From Myxococcota bacterium (GTDB lineage: Bacteria; Myxococcota_A; Polyangia; Nannocystales; Nannocystaceae): a DNA stretch of 64,000 nucleotides. Of the stretch, positions 14,045-22,498 are shown in pieces. Both the position numbers and the translations under genes were made by a program. The stretch covers positions 96,001 through 160,000 of the forward strand of contig JBCCHT010000014.1 of NCBI GenBank assembly GCA_039028615.1, in the 5' to 3' direction. Position 1 is the first letter of the stretch; each line of letters opens with the position of its first letter. Below the pieces are notes generated by a model, which worked only from the letters and a program-made list of their open reading frames with translations, was not told the DNA's origin and did not search any database.

Positions 14045-14698
14045 CTACCCGCGCAGCCACGCGAGCAGGCCGCGCATGGCGTGGCCCCGATGGGACTGAG
14101 CGGCCTTCTCTTCGTCGGCGAGCTCGGCCACGGTGCGGCCATCACCGAGCCACGCGTGAGGATCGTAGCCGAATCCGCCCGTGCCCTGGCGTGTGGTCCG
14201 CAGCTGTACGTCCCAGCGGCCGTCGAACGCACACAGGGTCTGCTGGGCCTCGGCGAAGGGCTGGGCGTCCACCCGCACCAACGCGAGCACGCAGCGGTAG
14301 TGCCCCTCGCTGGCGGTCAGGCCGAGCGCCTCCAGCTCGCGAACGAGCCGGGCGTTGTTGGCCTCGTCGTCGCACGGCTCGCCGGCAAATCGAGCGCTGC
14401 GCACTCCCGGGCCACCGCCCAAGGCGTCGACGCACACGCCGGAGTCGTCGGCGAGCACCACGGTATCCCCGGCCTCCCCCTGCCCTCGCAGCCACGCGGC
14501 GATGCCCTCGGCCTTGAGCCGGGCGTTGCCGACGAAGGTGTCCTCGGTCTCCTCGATCTCGGGGGGGTCGCCGAAGTCCCGCTGGCCCACGACCTCGAGG
14601 CCCGAGACGTCGCTCAGCATCTGCCGCAGCTCGCGAACTTTGTGGGCGTTGCCGCTGGCCACGACCAACCGACGGGGGCGCCACGTGGCGTCGATCAT
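14045..14698 (-). CDS. rdgB: non-canonical purine NTP pyrophosphatase (RdgB/HAM1)
   Basis: ASGNAHKVRE, TFVGNARLKA, ADDSG, PGVRSAR, GFGYDP, SHRG. Confidence 0.93.
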   Translation of the reverse strand: MIDATWRPRRLVVASGNAHKVRELRQMLSDVSGLEVVGQRDFGDPPEIEETEDTFVGNARLKAEGIAAWLRGQGEAGDTVVLADDSGVCVDALGGGPGVRSARFAGEPCDDEANNARLVRELEALGLTASEGHYRCVLALVRVDAQPFAEAQQTLCAFDGRWDVQLRTTRQGTGGFGYDPHAWLGDGRTVAELADEEKAAQSHRGHAMRGLLAWLRG

Positions 14699-15417
14699 CG
14701 CAGGGCCTCCTGCTGCGTGGCGTGGAGCTTGGCGATGCCTTCGTCCGCGAGATCGAGCATGGCGTTGAGCTGGGCGCGCGAGTAGGTCCCGTGCTCCCCC
14801 GTGCCCTGCACCTCGACCAAGCCGCCCCCGGTCATGGCGACGACGTTGAGGTCGACGACGGCGTCGCGGTCCTCGGGATAGTCGAGGTCGAGCACGGCCT
14901 GCGGGGGGCCGCCCTTGCCCTCGAGCAGCCCGACGCTCACTGCAGCCACGGCCGCGCGCACCGGGTCGGCCGGGAGCCGGCCCTGCTCTTGCAGCTTGCT
15001 CAACGCGATTTTCAGGGCGACGTAGGCCCCGGTGATCGAGGCGGTACGCGTGCCCCCGTCGGCCTCGATCACGTCGCAGTCACACATGACCGAGATCGGG
15101 TTGCCCTCGGGGTCGACCAGGGCGCTCAGGTCGACGCTCGCGCGCAGCGACCGGGCGATGAGGCGCTGGATTTCCTGGCCGCGCCCGCCCGAGTCTCGTC
15201 GCCCTCGCGGGGTCGTCGCGCCCGGGAGCATCGCGTACTGGGCCGAGACCCAGCCGCCTTCCTTGAGCCACGAGGGTGCACGCTCTTGCACGCTCGCCGT
15301 GCAAATCACTCGCGTCACCCCGGTCTGCACCAAGGCCGAGCCGAGCGCCCGCGTGATGAAGCCCGGCTCGATCGAGCAGGGTCGGAGCTGATTGGGAGCA
15401 CGACCGTCGTGACGCAT
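14695..15417 (-). CDS. rph: ribonuclease PH
   Basis: MRHDGR..QLRP, YAMLPGAT, GRGQEIQRLIARSLR, ADGGTRTASITG, EVQGTGE; rph-rdgB-tRNA-Pro synteny. Confidence 0.95.
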   Translation of the reverse strand: MRHDGRAPNQLRPCSIEPGFITRALGSALVQTGVTRVICTASVQERAPSWLKEGGWVSAQYAMLPGATTPRGRRDSGGRGQEIQRLIARSLRASVDLSALVDPEGNPISVMCDCDVIEADGGTRTASITGAYVALKIALSKLQEQGRLPADPVRAAVAAVSVGLLEGKGGPPQAVLDLDYPEDRDAVVDLNVVAMTGGGLVEVQGTGEHGTYSRAQLNAMLDLADEGIAKLHATQQEALR

Positions 15418-15482
15418 CGGCGCGCACCGTAGCAGCCCGGTGGGCGAACGACACCCGCAGGGTGTGCCGCCCCAAACGCGCA

Positions 15483-15536
15483 AACGGGCGCCCCCCAGAA
15501 GGAGACGCCCGTTCGCAAGGATCGGCGAAAGCCGAA
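15483..15536 (-). terminator. double hairpin / intrinsic terminator after the small lipoprotein gene
   Basis: Minus strand TCGGC-TTTC-GCCGA hairpin, then AACGGGCG..CGCCCGTT stem followed by T. Confidence 0.55.
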
Positions 15537-15543
15537 AAGAAGA

Positions 15544-15711
15544 TTACTTCTTCTCGTCCTTCTTCTCGTCCTTCTTCTCGTCTTTCTTCTCGTCCTTCTT
15601 GGCGTCCTTCTTGTCCTCTTTCTTGGCCTCTTCCTTCTTGTCGCAAGCGGGGGCCGCGAAGGAGAAGCCCACGGTGAGGGCAGCGACGAGGGCAACTTTG
15701 CTGAACTTCAT
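15544..15711 (-). CDS. 55-aa lipoprotein with Lys/Asp/Glu repeat tail
   Basis: MKFSKVALVAALTVGFSFAAPAC lipobox, then KKDE-type repeats; GGAG upstream. Confidence 0.8.
   Translation of the reverse strand: MKFSKVALVAALTVGFSFAAPACDKKEEAKKEDKKDAKKDEKKDEKKDEKKDEKK
15547..15640. repeat. 12-bp coding tandem repeat (CTTCTTCTCGTC-like)
   Basis: Four near-identical units, followed by degenerate ones, encoding KKDE. Confidence 0.85.
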
Positions 15712-15902
15712 TGTTGTCTGTCTCCGGTGGTGTTGTCCGGGGGAGCGCCGTCCCCCTGTCCGAGTATCGGAGTGCCGACAGGCGTTTGAATCCTGGGCGG
15801 CGCTCACATGGACCGAGATAACATCTCTCGAGCCGCTCGATTCCCAAAAATCCTCGGATTCGATGTTTTTGCGCGACGGTCGCGAAGCCGCGCCTTTGCC
15901 TC

Positions 15903-15918
15903 AGCAGGCCCCGTTCCA
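15903..15918 (-). promoter_or_regulatory. sigma54-type promoter (-24/-12)
   Basis: Minus strand TGGAACGGGGCCTGCT (GG-N10-GC), with an AT-rich IHF-like TTCAAGTCATTG just upstream. Confidence 0.55.
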
Positions 15919-16132
15919 GGTTTCAAGAATCGCAATTAGGTACGAATTTTCAATGACTTGAAGCGATTTCAAACGCGTTCATCCACCACTGAATCACGCA
16001 TCGAGACCCTCGACGACGCTGTCCCCCCCGGGCCTTTCGATCTCGTCCGATCGGCGGCGACAACGGCCGCGAGCCGGGGGGCCGTGCACGGTTGACATCG
16101 GACGCAGCAAAAGGCAGCGGCGGAGCCGACCC

Positions 16133-16202
16133 CCAAAGAACGAAAGGCAAGCGTCCCAAGGATCGGAACACTTGCCTCGTCGCGCACGCGACCGAAGGTC
16201 GC
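16133..16202 (-). terminator. double hairpin / intrinsic terminator
   Basis: Minus strand GCGACCTTCGGTCGC hairpin, then AGGCAAG..CTTGCCT stem followed by TTCGTTCTTT. Confidence 0.55.
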
Positions 16203-16219
16203 CGCACACGTCGTCGAGT

Positions 16220-16717
16220 TCACTTCGTGAAGCAGCCCGGGTACGCACGCTCGGCCGCTTGCCGGGCCGCATTGCAACCCACGGACAATCCAGCCTTGGC
16301 GTCGGGGTTGGCCTTGATGGCCTCGGACCAGCCCTTGACCGTGGTCTCGAAGCCCTCTTTTTGGGCGGCGCGCTGCTCGGCCGGGACACCGGCCTCGTTC
16401 TCGAAGCAGGCGCGCATGACCTCGATGTACTCGTCGCACTCGGGTACGCCGATCTTGCTGATCGCCCCGGCGTCGGCCTCGGGCTTGGCTTCGGCCTTCG
16501 CGTCGTCCGCCTTGGGCTCGGCCTTCGCGTCGTCCGCGGTCTTGTCGGCGTCGGCCTTGGCGTCCTTCGCCTCGTCCTTGGCGCCCGCCTTGTCGGCGTC
16601 GGCCTTGGCCGGCGCGGCCTCTTTCTTCGCGTCCTTCTTGGCGTCGTCGCAGGCAGGCACGGCGAGCAGGCACAGCGCCGCCGCGGCGCCAATCCATCGG
16701 TGAGCGGAAATCATCAT
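16220..16717 (-). CDS. lipoprotein with Ala/Lys/Asp low-complexity linker and 4-Cys helical C-terminal domain
   Basis: Lipobox VPAC, AKAD repeats, IGVPECDEYI..C..C..C domain. Confidence 0.8.
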   Translation of the reverse strand: MMISAHRWIGAAAALCLLAVPACDDAKKDAKKEAAPAKADADKAGAKDEAKDAKADADKTADDAKAEPKADDAKAEAKPEADAGAISKIGVPECDEYIEVMRACFENEAGVPAEQRAAQKEGFETTVKGWSEAIKANPDAKAGLSVGCNAARQAAERAYPGCFTK

Positions 16718-16928
16718 TGGGGGTCCTTTCGGGGACACGACGCGGCGTGGGGCGAGCGTCGAATCCGTCGATCGCCGACTGTACGTCAGGTCACGCAGGC
16801 CCTCAACGCACGCAGGCTGCGCCCCCCCCTCTGCGGGCTGTTCTAGAGCAGTAGTGGGGCAAATCAGTGAAGAACCTCAATCTCGGCCGACCCCTCCACG
16901 GGCCGAGGGTGCTCGTATCCTGCGGTTC

Positions 16929-18992
16929 ATGTCGTCGATCTCGGATGCCACGCTCCGCCCCTTGTTCCAGCCGCAGCCCGAGTCGCCGGTGCGTGCGCTC
17001 GTCGTGGCCGGTGCATGCGGCAACGTCGGTTTCGGCAAGCTCGGTCAGTTCGCTCGCCTCTTGGTCAAGCACGGCGTCCCCGTCGTCGCCCTCGACTTGT
17101 CCCCCGCCGTGAACGAGGTCGGTGACAAGCTCCGCAAGGCCTTCGGCAAGCGCTTCTCCACCGAGCAGGTCGACGCGATCCTCGACAACGTCCGCATCGT
17201 GCAGGGCGGCATCAACGATCTGCCCAAGGAGCTGCAGGTCGGCTTCGTGTTCGAGGCCATCCCCGAGCGCCTGAACATCAAGCACGCCTTCTACCGGGAG
17301 ATTCGCGCCCGCGACCCCGAGGCCTTCATCTTCTCGGCCACCAGCGGCTTCCCCTCGACCATGCTCTTCGAGGGCCTGCCCGGGGCCGAGCGCTGCGGCG
17401 TGATGCACCCCTTCTTCCCGCACCTGACCAACAAGCTGTGGGAGGTCCCCACCACGGGCGCGGTCACGGGCAACGGCGAGCTCAAGACGGTCCGCAAGTT
17501 CCTCGGTGGGCTGGGCATGAACCTCATCCCGGTCAAGGACGTGCCCTCCTTCGCCGCCGACCGCCTGTTCTGCGGGATGATGCTCGAGGCCGTCCGCATC
17601 CACGTGGACACGGGCCTGTCTCCCGCGCAGGTCGACGACGTCTGCAAGAAGGTGCTCGGCACCTCGCCGTTCTTCGTCCACAACCTGATCCCGGGCGCCA
17701 ACTACCTTTCGGCCCACTGCATGGAGCTGATGAAGAGCGAGGTCGACTCCACGCTCTTTTCCATCCCCGAGGCCTGGCAGCCCTATATCGAGGACGCGCA
17801 CAAGCAGTGGCCCTACGAGCGCGGCCAGAAATGCCCGCCCGAGCAGTTCGGCATCGTCCGCGACCGCATGCTCGGCATGCTGCTGTCGCTGACCACGTAC
17901 ATGATCGAGCACGAGGTCGCGCCGGTCGACTCGCTCAACTTCCTCTGTGAAAACGCCCTCGCCTTCCGCTCGGGCATGCCGGCCATGGTCTACGAGCTGG
18001 GCTTCGACAAGGTCCGCGAGCTCATCCAGGGCTTCTGCGACTCGCAGGGCATCACCAAGGCCGACGAGGTCGCGCCCGTCGGCGTGCTGAAGGCCGACGC
18101 CGCGCCGTGGCACGAGGTCTACGTGGGCACCTCGGTGCACGGCAAGGTCGGCCTGCTCTCGCTCAAGCGCGGCACCATCAACCACACCTTCGTCGCTCAG
18201 CTCGACGAGGCCTACGAGCGCTTCGCCGCCGACGATGCGGTCGAGGCCATCGTCATCGCGCCCGACGGCACCTATAGCCGCGAGTTCGGGCACGGGGCCG
18301 ACCTGGGGGCGTTCGTGCCCGTGCTCGGCAAGCAAGACGCGGCGCTGGGTCTCATCCAGAAGTGGAAGCAGACGCTCGGCAAGCTGCGCGCGGGCAAGCC
18401 CACCGTGGCCGCGCTCGTCGGTCGGGTGCTCGGCGGAGGCTTCGAGCTCGCCGTCGCCTGCCACGCTCGCATCGCCGGCCAGGGCACGCGCCTGGCCTTC
18501 CCCGAGACCACCGTCGGGGTCATCCCCGGCCTGGGCGGCTGCCACAACGCGCATCGCCTGGCCAATGAAGAGGCCTGGCCGCGCATCAACGAGATCCTGC
18601 TGACCGGCCACGGCATCAAGGTCGACGAAGCCGCGCAGTGGGGCCTCGTCTCCGAAATCGTGCCCATCCCCGAGCTGCCCGGTGCCAGCATGAAGCTCGC
18701 CGCCGCGCTGGCCAGCGGCGCCACGCCCATGCCCAGCTACCGCGAGGGCCCGGCGCAGATCAGCGTGAACACGGACGTGGCCACCACCAACGAGGCCGGC
18801 GTGGCGCTGGACGCCAAGCTCCGCGAGCTGTTGGTGTCCACCATCGTCGACGCCAACGGAGCCACCGCGGCCGAGGGCGGCGCCATCGAGGAACAACGCG
18901 CGGCGCAGAGCCTGGCGATGAGTTCCTCCGCGATCGGAGTCAAGGCGATGATGCGGGGCAAGCCGCCCCAATTCGAAAACCCCCTGGGCTAA
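16929..18992 (+). CDS. 3-hydroxyacyl-CoA dehydrogenase / enoyl-CoA hydratase fusion (dehydrogenase first)
   Basis: FEAIPERLNIK, SATSG, MHPFFP..LWEV, KDVPSFAADRL; C-terminal crotonase GADL, GGGFELAVAC, FPETTVGVIPG. Confidence 0.85.
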   Translation: MSSISDATLRPLFQPQPESPVRALVVAGACGNVGFGKLGQFARLLVKHGVPVVALDLSPAVNEVGDKLRKAFGKRFSTEQVDAILDNVRIVQGGINDLPKELQVGFVFEAIPERLNIKHAFYREIRARDPEAFIFSATSGFPSTMLFEGLPGAERCGVMHPFFPHLTNKLWEVPTTGAVTGNGELKTVRKFLGGLGMNLIPVKDVPSFAADRLFCGMMLEAVRIHVDTGLSPAQVDDVCKKVLGTSPFFVHNLIPGANYLSAHCMELMKSEVDSTLFSIPEAWQPYIEDAHKQWPYERGQKCPPEQFGIVRDRMLGMLLSLTTYMIEHEVAPVDSLNFLCENALAFRSGMPAMVYELGFDKVRELIQGFCDSQGITKADEVAPVGVLKADAAPWHEVYVGTSVHGKVGLLSLKRGTINHTFVAQLDEAYERFAADDAVEAIVIAPDGTYSREFGHGADLGAFVPVLGKQDAALGLIQKWKQTLGKLRAGKPTVAALVGRVLGGGFELAVACHARIAGQGTRLAFPETTVGVIPGLGGCHNAHRLANEEAWPRINEILLTGHGIKVDEAAQWGLVSEIVPIPELPGASMKLAAALASGATPMPSYREGPAQISVNTDVATTNEAGVALDAKLRELLVSTIVDANGATAAEGGAIEEQRAAQSLAMSSSAIGVKAMMRGKPPQFENPLG

Positions 18993-19011
18993 TCGCTACG
19001 ACGTTCCTCGC

Positions 19012-19053
19012 ACGAAGGGCCCACGCCACGCGGCGCGGGCCCTTCGTTCGTTT
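19012..19053 (+). terminator. intrinsic terminator
   Basis: ACGAAGGGCCC..GGGCCCTTCGT stem followed by TCGTTT. Confidence 0.7.
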
Positions 19054-19098
19054 CCGAACTGCCACCCCGTCGCGGCCCCACGATACACTGGTAGTGGT

Positions 19099-19680
19099 AT
19101 GTGGAAGTCCAAGGCGCTCGCGGGCGGCGGTCATCGTCATCAGTGGATCGAGGACGGTGAACCGGTCGACTGGGAGCGCTACGCGGGTCGGCTCGCCTGC
19201 GACGAGAGCACTCGGTCTGCCTTGACCACGCTACTGGCCGACAGCGAGCACGAGGCGCTGTACTGGGAGACCGTGCCCTCTTCCTTCGAGACACGCGACC
19301 GTGCGTTCGAGATGGTGGTACTTCCCAGCAAGAGTCTCGGGCGTCGGACTGCATCCTCCGATGCCTTCGCTGCCGAGCTCGGCGGGTCGGGCCCCAGCAT
19401 CCGTAGCTTCCCCAACCTCGGTCGCGACGCGCTGCTCGTCGTGCCCACGCCCATGGGTGATGAGCGGGTCTACGGACACCTCGCCGCGTTCGTTCGCGGC
19501 GCTCCGCCCGACCAAGTCGATGCCCTGTGGGAAGCGGTGGGCGAGGCGATCGAAGAGCGCTGGGCCGAGAACCCGCGGCCGCTGTGGGTCAGCACCGCGG
19601 GTGATGGCGTTCCGTGGCTGCACGTGCGGCTCGACCAGCGTCCGAAGTACTACGGTCACACGCCCTTTCGCCGCCCCTGA
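19099..19680 (+). CDS. conserved hypothetical protein (DUF6940-like)
   Basis: FPNLGRDALLVVP, YGHLAAFVR, WVSTAGDGVPWLHVRLDQRPKYY; family name is from memory, unverified. Confidence 0.65.
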   Translation: MWKSKALAGGGHRHQWIEDGEPVDWERYAGRLACDESTRSALTTLLADSEHEALYWETVPSSFETRDRAFEMVVLPSKSLGRRTASSDAFAAELGGSGPSIRSFPNLGRDALLVVPTPMGDERVYGHLAAFVRGAPPDQVDALWEAVGEAIEERWAENPRPLWVSTAGDGVPWLHVRLDQRPKYYGHTPFRRP

Positions 19681-19692
19681 CTCGTGGGTGAG

Positions 19693-20610
19693 TCAGGGTC
19701 CGAAGCACCGGCTCAACGCTCGCTCGACCTCGCCTCTAAACCACGACAGCGCAGGATCGGACGCTGACAGTCGGCTCTCGTAGACGGCCAAGCGGAGCGG
19801 CGGAACCTCGACCGGACAGGGGAGCTCGACGAGTTCGAATCGCTCGGCCACCCCGGCGAGCACCCCCCGCGGCACGGTCAGCAGCATGTCGGTGGCAGCC
19901 AGCAACGCGGGCGCAAGCATGAAGTGGGGCAGCAAGGGACCGAGCCGACGCCGAAGACCGAGTCGTTCCAGCACCTCGTCGATGGGTCCCGCCCCAGCGG
20001 CGGGCGTGCGCACGCGGACGTGCGAGTACGCGAGCCAGCCTTCCAGCCCCCACTCCTCCGTCGCGGGGTGGTCACGGCGCGCAAACACGGACCAGGGGAG
20101 CACGAGCGAGCCTCGCCGGACGACCCCTTCCTCCAGCGGCAGGCGCTGTGGCGCGACCGCCAAGTCGAAGCGCCCCAGCGCGATGTCTCGCAGCAGCCCC
20201 CGCGCGGGCGCGACCAGCTCGAGCTGAGCATCGGGGGCCACGGCGCTCATCGAAGCGGCCAGCTCCGGCAGGATGGCCGCCAGGAAATCCGGGGCGACGA
20301 GACGAAAGGTCCGAGTCGAAGCGGCGGGGTCCCAGCCGAGATCGGAGGTGAGGATGCGGTCGAGCGTTTGAAGCACGCGCTTGAGCTCAGGAGCGAGCTG
20401 CCGCCCTCGCGGTGTGGGCTCCATGCGTCCGCCGACCCGAGCCAGGATTGGATCGCCCAGGTGCTCGCGAAGCCGCGCCAAGGCATGGCTGACCGCGGAC
20501 TGCGAGCGGCCGAGACGAGCCGCGGCCTTGGTCACGTGCTGCTCCTCGAGCAGCACATCGAGTGCCACCAGCAGGTTCAGGTCCAGGTTCCGAACATCTA
20601 TCTCATGCAT
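19693..20610 (-). CDS. LysR-family transcriptional regulator
   Basis: LDLNLLVALD..HVTKAAARLGRSQSAVSHALARLR HTH plus substrate-binding domain. Confidence 0.93.
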   Translation of the reverse strand: MHEIDVRNLDLNLLVALDVLLEEQHVTKAAARLGRSQSAVSHALARLREHLGDPILARVGGRMEPTPRGRQLAPELKRVLQTLDRILTSDLGWDPAASTRTFRLVAPDFLAAILPELAASMSAVAPDAQLELVAPARGLLRDIALGRFDLAVAPQRLPLEEGVVRRGSLVLPWSVFARRDHPATEEWGLEGWLAYSHVRVRTPAAGAGPIDEVLERLGLRRRLGPLLPHFMLAPALLAATDMLLTVPRGVLAGVAERFELVELPCPVEVPPLRLAVYESRLSASDPALSWFRGEVERALSRCFGP

Positions 20611-20640
20611 GCCCAATGCAGCTAACCCATTGGATGCATG
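20604..20640. promoter_or_regulatory. imperfect inverted repeat, probable LysR operator
   Basis: CATGCAT-GC-CCAATG..CATTGG-ATGCATG overlapping the lysR start in the divergent intergenic region. Confidence 0.5.
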
Positions 20641-20703
20641 ATGCCGTGGGGCCTAGGTTGTGGGCAACGAGCCGCGGTCGCGGCCGGGCGAACGGACGCC
20701 ACC

Positions 20704-21702
20704 ATGCGAGCCTACGTGCTGAAAAAGCCCAACAATCCCCTCCAATTACGCGATCTTTCGCCGCCGAATCCCGGCCCCTCCGAGGTCCGAGTTCAGACCA
20801 CGGCCGTGGCGATTCACCCGGTCGATGTGGAGACCAGCACGGGCAAGAACGGGATGCTCCTGCCGCAGCGACGGCCCTTCGTACCGGGGGTCGACTTCGT
20901 GGGTCGGGTGACGGCGGTGGGCTCGGCGGTCGCCGATCTGTCCGTCGGGGCGCGGGTGTTCGGCTACCGCGGACTGGCCGATATGGGGGCGTTCGCGGAG
21001 CAAGCGTGTGTCTCCCGCGATGTGGTGGCAGCCGTCCCCGCGACGCTCACCGACGTGGAAGCGGCCACCCTCCCCCTTCCCGCTCTGTGCACATTGCAGG
21101 CTCTGGACGCAACCGCGGGCGAAGGTCGCAAGCGGGTGCTGGTCCACGGTGGCGCGGGCGGGGTGGGCAGCGTGGCCGTGCAGCTGCTGGCCGGTCTCGG
21201 TCACGAGGTGGCTGCCACCGCCAACGGTCGAGACGCCGCGTGGGTGCAAGCGCTCGGGGCTCACGAGGTCATCGACTACACCACCACGCGTTTCGAGGAG
21301 CGGGTGCAGCAGGTCGACCTGGTGCTCGACACGGTCGGCGGCGACACCCTGTCGCGCTCGTTCTCGGTCGTGGCCGATGGCGGCACGGTGGCTTCGCTCG
21401 CCGCGATGCCCACGGCCGCGGCCCTGCGTGAAGCAGGACTACGGGTGCCCGGCCCCATGGCGCTGCTGCTGCCCGTGCTCGGGTGGTCGCTGCGCCGACG
21501 CTCCCGGGCGGCCGGTGTCGTGTTCATCCCGCAGGTGACCGTCCCCAGCGGCGAGCGATTGCGTCGAGCGGCCCGCGTCGTGAAAGCCCATGGTCTGTCG
21601 CCCCGCATCGCCCAGACCTTCCCCTTCGAAGCCCTCAACGACGCCATCACGATGGCGAGCCAAGGCACGGCCCGCGGCCGCGTCGTGGTCACCACGGACT
21701 GA
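20704..21702 (+). CDS. NADP-dependent MDR oxidoreductase (quinone reductase-like)
   Basis: AIHPVD, PGVDFVG, VLVHGGAGGVG, VIDY, RGRVVV. Confidence 0.88.
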   Translation: MRAYVLKKPNNPLQLRDLSPPNPGPSEVRVQTTAVAIHPVDVETSTGKNGMLLPQRRPFVPGVDFVGRVTAVGSAVADLSVGARVFGYRGLADMGAFAEQACVSRDVVAAVPATLTDVEAATLPLPALCTLQALDATAGEGRKRVLVHGGAGGVGSVAVQLLAGLGHEVAATANGRDAAWVQALGAHEVIDYTTTRFEERVQQVDLVLDTVGGDTLSRSFSVVADGGTVASLAAMPTAAALREAGLRVPGPMALLLPVLGWSLRRRSRAAGVVFIPQVTVPSGERLRRAARVVKAHGLSPRIAQTFPFEALNDAITMASQGTARGRVVVTTD

Positions 21703-21707
21703 ACACC

Positions 21708-22475
21708 ATGAACAACGCCCAACAACTCCGAGACCTCGTACAAACCGCCATGGATGCCATTCTCGTGCGTCACGATCGTGAGGAGGTGCGAGCTCACTTC
21801 CACCCGGATTTCGTGCAGCACAACCCCTGGGCCGACGATGGCGGTGCCCACGTGGAAGCGATGTGCGACTTCACCTTCGGCGTCGACATGCGCCGATGGA
21901 TCGTGCAAGGGGACCTCGTCGCCTACCACGGGCTGTACACCGCTCCGAACCCACTCGGCGAACACCCGCTGCTGTGCGTGGACATCTGGCGCGTGCAGGG
22001 AGATCAGATCGTCGAGCACTGGGATGCGCTGATGCCCACACCACCCGATGTCGCCGAGATCATGCTCGCCGGCCCGGGAGATGGCTTCGCCGACGTGGCC
22101 CCCGCCCAGGTGGCGAGCCATGCCGCACGAGCGCGACGCCTGTTGGAGGTTGGCGTCCGCGGGGTCGATCGAGAGGTCATCCGCTCCATCCTCGCGCCGG
22201 GCTCGACGCTCCATCGCCCCGACGTCGAGCCGGGCACGGCGAACGACCTGTTCGTCCAGTGGGTCGAGTCCAAGCGGCCGACCGTCGAGGTACGGCACAC
22301 GCTGGCCTCCGGCGATCTGGTGCTGATTCAGGCGGTCATCACCATCGCAGGCCACGAACAGGTCGCGTACCACCTGTATCGCTTCGATGGCGAGGGACGA
22401 GTCAGCGACCTTTGGCAGGTCGCGCAGGACCGGCTGCCGCTGGCGGACGCCGCCAACCCGCACCCGCACTTTTGA
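21708..22475 (+). CDS. tandem SnoaL/NTF2-like domain protein
   Basis: FVQHNP, GDLVAYH, DIWRVQGDQIVEHWD; second copy GDLVLI..YRFDGEGRVSDLWQ. Confidence 0.8.
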   Translation: MNNAQQLRDLVQTAMDAILVRHDREEVRAHFHPDFVQHNPWADDGGAHVEAMCDFTFGVDMRRWIVQGDLVAYHGLYTAPNPLGEHPLLCVDIWRVQGDQIVEHWDALMPTPPDVAEIMLAGPGDGFADVAPAQVASHAARARRLLEVGVRGVDREVIRSILAPGSTLHRPDVEPGTANDLFVQWVESKRPTVEVRHTLASGDLVLIQAVITIAGHEQVAYHLYRFDGEGRVSDLWQVAQDRLPLADAANPHPHF

Positions 22476-22498
22476 GCCGTGCGGGCCGCCCCGCGGAG

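Noticed and set aside
15547..15640. Possible CRISPR-like repeat
   Set aside because: Contiguous 12-bp in-frame coding repeat with no spacers and no cas genes.
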